Virus record (IMG/VR): IMGVR_UViG_3300025267_000026
Span: 1-44,764 of that record
DNA from: a virus
Lineage: Duplodnaviria; Caudoviricetes
DNA: 44,764 nt
Reading direction: 5' to 3' (one strand)
Shown: positions 27,078 through 35,487 of the stretch, in pieces
Layout of the letters: every line of letters starts with the position of its first letter
How positions within the stretch are numbered: the stretch's first letter is position 1
Program-made: the position numbers and the translations under genes
The notes under the pieces: generated by a model
What the model saw: the letters and a program-made list of their open reading frames with translations, nothing else
Database searches by the model: none
Told to the model about the DNA's origin: nothing

Positions 27078-27550
27078 AGATTAGTGAGCAACTTGGGGTA
27101 CCGCTTGAATTGCTCACTACTTGGTCATTCACGGGACAATGGGATGTTGCTTTACCAGATACGTTAGTGATTGGTGATAATGCTTTTCCTAGTGCTATAG
27201 AAAAAAGTGCTATAGAAAAAAAAGCTCCTATCTATGACGTAACTGCCGCAGATCTTAAGCAAGAAGCCAATGATACACTTTTAGCCGGTTATAAATTAGT
27301 CGGTAATGTCGCTCAAGAAGCATTACTGAACGAGAATATAAAGTTTAAAGATAAGAAACAAGCATCTGACGCTCTTATCGAAAGTCTAAAAGGACAAGTT
27401 TCACTTCTAGGGGCTGATTTATCTCAGCAATTTCTACTAGATGTGGCAAAAATAATACGTGAAGAAATCGCAGACCAAGAAATCCTTCAAAGACTCGGCG
27501 TCAAACTCACCGCCCTTGGTAGACTTTACAATACTAGGATCTCTGCTTAA
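26969..27550 (+). CDS. terS: Probable terminase small subunit
   Basis: N-terminal HTH (REEAKKLYERG..EISEQLGVP..LTTW....WD) with a helical C-terminal part, directly upstream of terL. Confidence 0.65.
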   Translation: MAGTNNGEYRGGPNEDWTEKIREEAKKLYERGSELLEISEQLGVPLELLTTWSFTGQWDVALPDTLVIGDNAFPSAIEKSAIEKKAPIYDVTAADLKQEANDTLLAGYKLVGNVAQEALLNENIKFKDKKQASDALIESLKGQVSLLGADLSQQFLLDVAKIIREEIADQEILQRLGVKLTALGRLYNTRISA

Positions 27551-30500
27551 CGATAGTAGTATTGATTCTACGGAAGATATTGCAGAGTTAGCGTCTGACG
27601 ACCGTTGGGAATTTATTCCAGTTGATTTAGAAACTTTTCTTTATGGAGAAGAGTATCTCAATCTTACGATGCGACTGTCTGCTCCCCAGCTTGAGTTTGT
27701 TGATAATACCTCTAATATCTTTAATCCACCGTTTTTCACTGAAAGTGTATTAATGGCGGGGCAAGGTTCGGGTAAAGATACGTGTTCTATCTTGATAGGT
27801 TTACGTATTGTTTATCTATTACAATGTTTAAAGAGTCCACAAGCATATTTTGGGATGGACACTAATGGATTCATCGATTCAATTAATGTGGCTCAGAACG
27901 CAGACATCGCCAGGAATATCTATTTCAGTACTCTTTCTAATATTCTACGTAGTTCTCCTTTATTCGTTGACGATTCTTTACCTCATTATATTTCCCCTCG
28001 TATTACTCAACAGACTGTTGTATTTCCTAAAAATATACGCCTTATTTCGGGTAACTCTGAAAATGAGTCTTGGCAGGGTTATACGCCTATTTTGATTATT
28101 CTTGATGAGATTGATGCATTTAAGAGTGAGCAGGAATTACAACGTAGCCATTCTTTACGTAGTGAAGGAGCTGAGGGGGTATATAACACCGCTAAGGCTT
28201 TGATTCAGTCTCGTTTTCCTGGGGTGGGTAAAGTTATTTGCTTGTCTTGGCCTAGATTTAAAGGTTCATTTATACAACGACGGTTCACTAATGGAAAATT
28301 AGAAGACCGTACTTTTGTTTCATGTAAGGAAGGGGGGCTTCCTTTTACTACGTGGGAATTTAATCCTTCTAAGAAAGAATCTGATTTTATAGATTTCTAC
28401 GAAACTGATCCTGTTCTAGCGCGTGCTCGTTTTGAATGCTTTGATGGGGATACTCTTATAATTAGTGAAGAAGGGACTAAACCCATTAGAGATGTCATTA
28501 TTGGTGACCGTGTTTTAAGTCATCAAGGACTTAATAAGGTTATTCGAAAATTTGAAAAGAACTATACTGGGGATATATTGGAGATTACTCCTTGGTATCA
28601 TCGTCCGATAAAGATAACTCCTGAGCATCCTATTTTAGCGATTAAGCAGAGTGGTAATTGGAGAAAATTTTATAAACATAAATTGGCCGACATCACACCA
28701 ACTTGGATACCGGCCAATCAGTTAACCAAAAATGATATTGTGTTGCTGAAAATTCCTGAAGATTGTGAAGATGTAAAATCTATTGATTTATCTGATGGTT
28801 TAGAAAAAGATAGTTTTATTGAGGAAGAAAATTATCTTTGGGCATCTCAAGTATCTAAATTGAATAATGGCGGCGTCAGTGTACAAAAACATCCTTTTGC
28901 ACACAAGTTGAGTAAATATATCGATGTTAGTAATGAATTATTATTTTTAAGTGGACTATATCTAGCTGCAGGTACCCTCGGTACAAAACTGCGTGCTATG
29001 ACCTTTTCGTTTGATAAACATGAACGATCATTAATTGACAACACTAAAAAACTAGTTGACCAAGTTTTTGGTATATTTCCTGTTGAATACAACGTACTCA
29101 CTGTAACTGATGTGCTTGTCTGTAATACGATAATAAGTCATTTTTTTGCTCAATTTGGTAAAAGAGCTACGAACAAACGTATTCCTGAATGGATCATGAA
29201 TCTACCCCCAGAAAAACAACAACATCTATTAGATGGATATTTTGAGAGTGATGGTCATGATGATATAAAGGGTAAAGGGGTCACTACTGTTTCGAAAGAA
29301 TTAGCATATCAAGTTAAAACTATTGCTTTGCGCTTGGGAATGCCTGCGAGTGTATACCATCGTCCTATGGCATCGACAGGCGTGATGGAGGGGCGAACTA
29401 TCAATCAAAGTCCTGCTTTTAGGACTAGAATTTACAAGAATCCCTACTATCAGTTAATTAAAGATGGTTTTTGGTATGTACCTGTACGTAAAATACAATC
29501 TTTTAAATATGATGATACCGTCTATAATTTAGAGGTAGAGTCCGCTAATTCTTACACAACCGAATCTTTTACTGTACATAACTGTGACCCACCATTTGCT
29601 CGTGATGCCTATATCAAAGACCCACTTCCTATTTTACGTGCTTTTGATGCTGAGGTAGATGAAGTTGGACAGATAACGTGGGGACGTCTTAAAGAGCATA
29701 GGGATGAATCAGGATTACATATTGGAACCAAATATTATATTCATGTGGATTTAGGATTACGACATGCTAATGCTGCCGTATGTGTAGCACATCAAGGAGA
29801 TGAGCATGTTGTCATCGATGTGATTAAGATTTGGGAACCTGAACCTGAATATGATGTAGATTTTGCCAATATTGAGAATTTTATACTAGGATTACGTGAT
29901 AAAGGGCACAGAATCGTTAGTGTGACGTATGATAATTATCAATCAGTCAGTTCATTACAAAAATTAGCTAAATTTGGTATTCCGGCTAAGTATAAATCTA
30001 TAGGTAGAAGTAGTAAAGAAGCTTACGATACGTTTAAAGATTTACTCTATCAGGAAAAATTAGATGGTTTTTATGATAAAGAGACAATAGAAGAGCTTTT
30101 AAGTTTAGACGTAGTATATGGCGATAAAATTGAAGCTCGTCCTGGTATGAAAAAGGATAGAGCGGATGCGGTAGTCGGCGCAGTACATGGCGTTTTAAAA
30201 GAAAAAGGTACAGTAACAGGTCTGCGGAATATGGGCGGAATTAACACACTTTTTGAAAATCGCAACAATCCACAAACAACTGCGAATGAAAAAGCTAAAA
30301 ATCCGTTAAAAACCCCTACTAATTCAGGTTGGGGGCGAGATGCCGTCCAAGAACGCATTGTTAGTAGTAGTTCTGATGTATGTGTTGTGTGTAACCGTGT
30401 TGGTGGTATAGAATATACTGATGAATTAAATAATAGAGTATTTGATGATGATGGGGCATATTGGCGAATATGTCTAGTTTGTGCGTCTAAATGGGTAAAA

Positions 30501-30572
30501 GAAGGTACCAATTGGGTTATTTGTAGAGCACCGGACGATTATTCAATGCAAGAAATTATAGGGACGATTTAA
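27459..30572 (+). CDS. terL: Terminase large subunit with intein and C-terminal Cys-containing extension
   Basis: Walker A GQGSGKD, Walker B IILDEID, LSWPR, nuclease IHVDLG, TYDNYQS, KDRADAV. Followed by portal. Start uncertain. Confidence 0.92.
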   Translation: MKKSQTKKSFKDSASNSPPLVDFTILGSLLNDSSIDSTEDIAELASDDRWEFIPVDLETFLYGEEYLNLTMRLSAPQLEFVDNTSNIFNPPFFTESVLMAGQGSGKDTCSILIGLRIVYLLQCLKSPQAYFGMDTNGFIDSINVAQNADIARNIYFSTLSNILRSSPLFVDDSLPHYISPRITQQTVVFPKNIRLISGNSENESWQGYTPILIILDEIDAFKSEQELQRSHSLRSEGAEGVYNTAKALIQSRFPGVGKVICLSWPRFKGSFIQRRFTNGKLEDRTFVSCKEGGLPFTTWEFNPSKKESDFIDFYETDPVLARARFECFDGDTLIISEEGTKPIRDVIIGDRVLSHQGLNKVIRKFEKNYTGDILEITPWYHRPIKITPEHPILAIKQSGNWRKFYKHKLADITPTWIPANQLTKNDIVLLKIPEDCEDVKSIDLSDGLEKDSFIEEENYLWASQVSKLNNGGVSVQKHPFAHKLSKYIDVSNELLFLSGLYLAAGTLGTKLRAMTFSFDKHERSLIDNTKKLVDQVFGIFPVEYNVLTVTDVLVCNTIISHFFAQFGKRATNKRIPEWIMNLPPEKQQHLLDGYFESDGHDDIKGKGVTTVSKELAYQVKTIALRLGMPASVYHRPMASTGVMEGRTINQSPAFRTRIYKNPYYQLIKDGFWYVPVRKIQSFKYDDTVYNLEVESANSYTTESFTVHNCDPPFARDAYIKDPLPILRAFDAEVDEVGQITWGRLKEHRDESGLHIGTKYYIHVDLGLRHANAAVCVAHQGDEHVVIDVIKIWEPEPEYDVDFANIENFILGLRDKGHRIVSVTYDNYQSVSSLQKLAKFGIPAKYKSIGRSSKEAYDTFKDLLYQEKLDGFYDKETIEELLSLDVVYGDKIEARPGMKKDRADAVVGAVHGVLKEKGTVTGLRNMGGINTLFENRNNPQTTANEKAKNPLKTPTNSGWGRDAVQERIVSSSSDVCVVCNRVGGIEYTDELNNRVFDDDGAYWRICLVCASKWVKEGTNWVICRAPDDYSMQEIIGTI
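28437..29582 (+). mobile_element. Intein (382 aa) with LAGLIDADG endonuclease, first motif degenerate
   Basis: Starts CFDGDT, block B TPEHP, motifs SGLYLAAG and LDGYFESDG, ends VYNLEV..FTVHN|C. Confidence 0.92.
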
Positions 30573-32422
30573 TGGGATTAGTTGATTCATTAGCGAACGT
30601 ATTTGGAGCCGATGTTTCTCAATCTTCCTCATTAGCTAGTCGTAATATTGCTGGTGGGGAAGTTCCTAGTAATCTCGACCAATACTCACGCGTTAACGGA
30701 TTATTAGGTACTCTTGATTCGCTAGTTAAGGCTGCGGAAACGGCTCAAGGTGCAAATGGGGCCACGGGGCGTATGTCTCCGTTGGGTCTTGATGCAATTA
30801 TTCAAGACTGGGTTCGTCAGCAATTCATATATCGACGTAGTATCTTACAGGACTTATATGTTCTCGCATATCAAGTCACAGAGATTAGGTCGGTAGTATT
30901 AGCGATTTTACGTGAAGTCTTTAGAAAAGGCTTTTCTACGTGGCAACAAAGGTATGTTCGTAAATGTGTTCAATGTGAAAAAGAATTTGATGACGAAGAA
31001 GATGAACATTGTGATGATTGTTTCGTATTTGAGGTTGTAGACCAAGATGTATTTGATGCTGAATACGGGGAGATTATTAGTAAAAAGGTACGTAAATATA
31101 AAAGAGATAGCAATGGCGAAAAAATACCTGTAACAACCTCTATTCCTGATTTTACTCAACAGAAAGTATTTGATGATTTAATAAGCAATGGCAATAGTTT
31201 CCATCAGTCTCTAGAATCTATTCTTCATGAATTTATGACGGATATCTTGATTGCTGATGATGGATTCTTGTTACTTAATAAAGAGTATCAGATAGATTCA
31301 GTGTCAGGCAAAATTAGTAAATCACAGATTTTTGAGGTTACTAGATTACATCCCGCATTAACTGAATATGACATAGATAGGAAAGACGGATTACCAGAAC
31401 GTTCTCATTTCTTATGCCCGATTCATCGAGAACAACAGACTCATACATCGCCTGGTAGATGTGACGTAATCGCTACAGAAGGGTTTAGATGTAATGCTAG
31501 ATTACTACCCGCTATGTATCGATACTATTGGCGTGGACGTTATCGTTACTATTTAGCTGATGAGATATGTCACGCCTCTTTCTTTAATCCGTCTAAAACT
31601 TATGGTTATTCTCCTGTTCTTACTGTCTTTGAGAAAGTTCTGTCTATAGTAGGAGCAGACCGGACACTCTATAGATACTGGTATGAACGGCGAATTCCAC
31701 CCGGATTATTGATTACTTATACTGATGACCCTGAATCCTTGGAAACAGAGATTGAACGTGTTAAGACGCAAATGCTTAATGACCCGAACACGTTCCCATG
31801 GGTTGCAGCATCCGCTAGAAATAATCGTGGTAAGACTGACTTTGTTAAGTTAGCGTATACCTTCCAAGAATTGGACTATCTACCGGTTAGGCAGGAGATT
31901 CGTGACCGTGTAGCTATGTTATGGGGCGTCACCCCTCTATTTTCAGGAGATGCGTCTAGTGTTGGCGGTTTGACCAGAGAATCTGCTCAAACTGATATGC
32001 ATAATAAATTAGTGGAATCGTATCAAAACGTAATTAATCATAATGTTATTCCGTTCATGTTACAGCAATTAGGGATAACTGATTGGGAAATACACTTACA
32101 GCCTCCACAGGAGGAGACTGAGGAGATTCAACTAACTGTAGAAAAAATGCGTCTGGAGAACGCTAATATGATGCTGCAGTTAGGGTATGAAGCTATTAAA
32201 GAAAAAGGTAAAGAGATTAGGTTTAAATATAAGAAGATGGACCAACCACCAGGTATGACTGGTGCTCCAGGGATGGAAGGTATGCCGCCTGGTGGTGGTA
32301 TGCCGGGAATGGAACAACCTCCTAGTGGGGGTGAACCAGCTGGTGTAGACCAATTACCTCCTCCCCCTCCCATAGAAGGACCAGAGATGTCTGAAGCTGG
32401 CGTACCCCTTTCTGAAGAATAA
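30572..32422 (+). CDS. Portal protein with Cys-rich insertions
   Basis: Directly after terL. DILIADDGFL, YGYSPV, RYWYERRIPPGLL, RVAMLWGVTP..GD..GGL. P/G/M-rich tail. Confidence 0.88.
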   Translation: MGLVDSLANVFGADVSQSSSLASRNIAGGEVPSNLDQYSRVNGLLGTLDSLVKAAETAQGANGATGRMSPLGLDAIIQDWVRQQFIYRRSILQDLYVLAYQVTEIRSVVLAILREVFRKGFSTWQQRYVRKCVQCEKEFDDEEDEHCDDCFVFEVVDQDVFDAEYGEIISKKVRKYKRDSNGEKIPVTTSIPDFTQQKVFDDLISNGNSFHQSLESILHEFMTDILIADDGFLLLNKEYQIDSVSGKISKSQIFEVTRLHPALTEYDIDRKDGLPERSHFLCPIHREQQTHTSPGRCDVIATEGFRCNARLLPAMYRYYWRGRYRYYLADEICHASFFNPSKTYGYSPVLTVFEKVLSIVGADRTLYRYWYERRIPPGLLITYTDDPESLETEIERVKTQMLNDPNTFPWVAASARNNRGKTDFVKLAYTFQELDYLPVRQEIRDRVAMLWGVTPLFSGDASSVGGLTRESAQTDMHNKLVESYQNVINHNVIPFMLQQLGITDWEIHLQPPQEETEEIQLTVEKMRLENANMMLQLGYEAIKEKGKEIRFKYKKMDQPPGMTGAPGMEGMPPGGGMPGMEQPPSGGEPAGVDQLPPPPPIEGPEMSEAGVPLSEE

Positions 32423-32424
32423 TA

Positions 32425-35400
32425 ATGACTACTGTCGATAGCATTGTACATAAATTAGATTTGCTAACAAAAGAGCAGGAAGAGCATTGGACGCTCCCTG
32501 CTCTTGATGATGTTATTAATCAATTTGAAGCTGCGTTTATAGTTCCGTATTCCGAAGCAGGGATTCCTTTATTAACCGAGTATTTCGATAAAGCGGCTAA
32601 ACCTAACAAAACCATATTAACTAAAAAGGGAGAAGAGTTAGCCGATGCCGATGATGCCGAATTAAATCCTGAAGAACAGAAAAGAGCAGCGTTTGCTAGG
32701 GGTGTTCGAAAAAACTATAACAGTGTTAAAAAAGAACATGAGAAATATGAAAATATAGATATGGAGCTACTAAAGCCCTATTACAATGAAATGATGCAGG
32801 GATTAATGGGAAGTAACCCTGCGGTAGAGGGCGGTGGACGTAGACAACGTACTTCAGGAACACTTCCTAAAGCTGCCAAACAGTTAATGAGTGCTTTTGC
32901 TCAACAAGCCGATGATGTAGCTCAAGCCATTGCAGATGGGAAATCCGAAAAAGAGATATTAGGTGCAGCTTTTCCCCGTAATGGTTTACGAATGAACATG
33001 ATTGGTGATGCGGGAGTTGATATACAAGTTCGTGTCAAAATGAATACGGACGGTAAATCCTTTAGCGTTGCACAACGTACTGGTGGTAAAGGTAAATTCA
33101 AAACTATTAAAGGTGGCGAAAACGTTAAGAATTTTGGCCGTGCCATAAAACATGGGGAAGATGCGATTCTTGCTAAGGCTAAGGGCCGACAGGCTCAGTT
33201 TGGTGGCGTTGATATAGGTAAAAACCGTCGTCAAAACAGAGCTTGGCTTAATGCTAATGTACGCCAGGATTTTGGTGGGCCAATGACTAATCTGGCCCCC
33301 AAGCCAAAAGATAAAGAGAAATATGCTAAAGAATATGAAAAAAATATTTCTCAACAATTAGAAGATGCTGGCATAGATGACGAATTTATGGTAGAAGCTG
33401 CTGAATTAGGTGGCGACGACATTATTGATGGTGATGCTGCCGAAGCACTTCCTTCGATTATCGATAATGCGCCTAATTTAGCCCTTTCATCTATTTTAGC
33501 TAGTGTAGCTAGTGGATACATCACTAGTCCGAATCAATTACGTAGGACTCTTAGAGAAACTAGTAAAAAGATTTCCGAGAATTCACAACATGGAGCCGAT
33601 AGTTCCAATAATGATAAGCCTGGGTCTGTTGGATGGGGTGGTAAGTCTGAAGCTAAAAAAGGTATAGGTGGAATCTTTTCTGAGTGGGGCAAGGCTTTTT
33701 CATCTGGTTGGAGTGAAGGCTGGGAAAAGGGTCAACATTTTGGTGCGCATACTTTAGGAGGCGTGAAATATCGTGCTCCTGATAGTGAGCAATATAAGCG
33801 TGATCCTCGTGGTTATTGGGCAGAACGTGGGAAATTAGCCACTATGTTAGCTAGGGCTGACAATCAGTATACCGATGATGTTGCTGCGGCTATGGCTATG
33901 GGAGAAGTCTCGATAGATTCAGACGGTACGGTTAAACAACGAGAAGTTTCTTTTGTTGATGCTGACGGCAATCGTCAGAAATATATGAAGAATATTAATC
34001 CTCGTGAAGATGCCTTGGAAAGTGCTTTAGTCAAATTTGCTAAAGCTGAAGATAAAATTGAAGCTATGGCTTCTGATAATACTGGGTCATCATTAGAAGC
34101 GATAAGAGAACACGTTGATCAGATTAGAGATGGCAATAAAAATGCTATGCCTCCCAGTGAGAATTGGCCTAATAGAGATGGAGGATGGCAACGTCGTAGA
34201 CAATTAGAAAAGAATATCGAATTAGTTCCTGCTAAGCCTGCGGGTAGTAGAGTCTCTAGTGCTGCTGAAGCGTTGATGGGACCACGAGGACGAGAAAAGA
34301 AAGCATCGGGAGAAGCGGGAGGTATTGCCGAAGGTGAAGTAGGAGATGCAAGACAAACTCAACAGAAACGTCCTAAATTAGTTGATGAAATAGTACCTCA
34401 ATTAGATGCGGAAGGTAATATTGTTTTAGATGAACAGGGACAACCTGTACCTCAATTAGATGAAGCAGGCAATCCTGTTACTAGACCAATGGTAGACCCT
34501 GAAGGGGGTAAGTATATTGGCGCAGTAGATGCTCGTGCCGACCGTGAATATTTAGATCCAGGTGAACAACCTCCTGAAGGTGTTAAAGAATATACCGCTG
34601 AACGACGTGGTAAAGAGGGTAAACGTGCACGGTATTATTCTCGTAAAGAAGCGGCTGCTGTTCGTAATAAACAACAGAATGGTGGTAAGGATACGGATGA
34701 AAGGGACACAAGTAGTAATGGAAGTGATAGCGATACTAGCAGCGATACTAGTAGTGGTACTAGGAGCGATACTAGTAGTGATACTACTAGGAAGAAGAGG
34801 GCGACTGCTGAAGATGAAGAATACTTACGCGGACGTAGAGAAGGTGGACGACGAGCAGCTAGACAAGTACGTGAAGAGTCTGATGACCCAGTAATAGAGA
34901 AAGCCGGAGAACATGAGATGGCACCAACAAATGCCCCCAAAACACCGCCAGATGCACAAGCTGATCAATACCAGAAAGCTATGGAGAATGAAATAGCAGG
35001 TGCGAAGCGTGTGCAACAGCAGTCTAAGGCTCGTTCTGCGAAAGCACAGGCTCGTGTAGCTAAAGCTAGGGCAGATGAAGCTGAAGTTAAAGCTCGACGA
35101 GCAGAAGACGACCGTGAAGTACATATTTCAGAATTACTCCATAAATTAGATAGTAATATTAATACTTTAACTATCACTTCTAATCCTGAAATAGTGGGTA
35201 TATATCAGCATTTAGAAAAGACTATCGGTGAGCTTGAGAAAGGCGCGGGTGGTCGTATTGATAAACAAGGGAATCCCTTCGCTTCCTTGGCGGGGCATAT
35301 GAGTGCCGCTTTTAGAGAAGCAGGGAAATCTAAGAAAAAGTCTACTACTCCACGAACCCAGGCGAAACCATCATTACCTGAATATGACCCACAACCTACT

Positions 35401-35472
35401 CCTGATAAACCAGCCCCTAAGACTAGTACTACCGCTCCAATAACTGGTGCAGGCTCAGCAGGTGGAGCTTAA
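32425..35472 (+). CDS. Large low-complexity protein, probable internal head/ejected protein
   Basis: 1015 aa rich in charged, G and A residues, directly after portal. Contains a leader-like EYLDPGEQPPEGV..RYY segment, DxxG(N/Q) repeats and SDTS repeats. Confidence 0.6.
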   Translation: MTTVDSIVHKLDLLTKEQEEHWTLPALDDVINQFEAAFIVPYSEAGIPLLTEYFDKAAKPNKTILTKKGEELADADDAELNPEEQKRAAFARGVRKNYNSVKKEHEKYENIDMELLKPYYNEMMQGLMGSNPAVEGGGRRQRTSGTLPKAAKQLMSAFAQQADDVAQAIADGKSEKEILGAAFPRNGLRMNMIGDAGVDIQVRVKMNTDGKSFSVAQRTGGKGKFKTIKGGENVKNFGRAIKHGEDAILAKAKGRQAQFGGVDIGKNRRQNRAWLNANVRQDFGGPMTNLAPKPKDKEKYAKEYEKNISQQLEDAGIDDEFMVEAAELGGDDIIDGDAAEALPSIIDNAPNLALSSILASVASGYITSPNQLRRTLRETSKKISENSQHGADSSNNDKPGSVGWGGKSEAKKGIGGIFSEWGKAFSSGWSEGWEKGQHFGAHTLGGVKYRAPDSEQYKRDPRGYWAERGKLATMLARADNQYTDDVAAAMAMGEVSIDSDGTVKQREVSFVDADGNRQKYMKNINPREDALESALVKFAKAEDKIEAMASDNTGSSLEAIREHVDQIRDGNKNAMPPSENWPNRDGGWQRRRQLEKNIELVPAKPAGSRVSSAAEALMGPRGREKKASGEAGGIAEGEVGDARQTQQKRPKLVDEIVPQLDAEGNIVLDEQGQPVPQLDEAGNPVTRPMVDPEGGKYIGAVDARADREYLDPGEQPPEGVKEYTAERRGKEGKRARYYSRKEAAAVRNKQQNGGKDTDERDTSSNGSDSDTSSDTSSGTRSDTSSDTTRKKRATAEDEEYLRGRREGGRRAARQVREESDDPVIEKAGEHEMAPTNAPKTPPDAQADQYQKAMENEIAGAKRVQQQSKARSAKAQARVAKARADEAEVKARRAEDDREVHISELLHKLDSNINTLTITSNPEIVGIYQHLEKTIGELEKGAGGRIDKQGNPFASLAGHMSAAFREAGKSKKKSTTPRTQAKPSLPEYDPQPTPDKPAPKTSTTAPITGAGSAGGA
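34546..34650 (+). repeat. Diverged copy of the second half of the leader module
   Basis: EYLDPGEQPPEGVKEYTAERRGKEGKRARYYSRKE compared with EYLKPGEKAPGDTKIHTTPRGAKGYYPSE. Confidence 0.65.
34729..34788 (+). repeat. In-frame 12-bp tandem repeat, five copies (SDTS-like)
   Basis: agcgatactagc/agcgatactagt/agtggtactagg/agcgatactagt/agtgatactact. Confidence 0.9.
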
Positions 35473-35487
35473 TTACGAGGAAGTTCG

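Noticed and set aside
27191-27220. 15-bp tandem duplication (SAIEK twice) in terS
   Set aside because: A simple in-frame slippage duplication in a linker, with no sign of function.
24324-29582. thyX and terL inteins are both exactly 1146 nt
   Set aside because: They have different endonuclease families and no evident sequence similarity beyond splicing motifs, so this is treated as coincidence.
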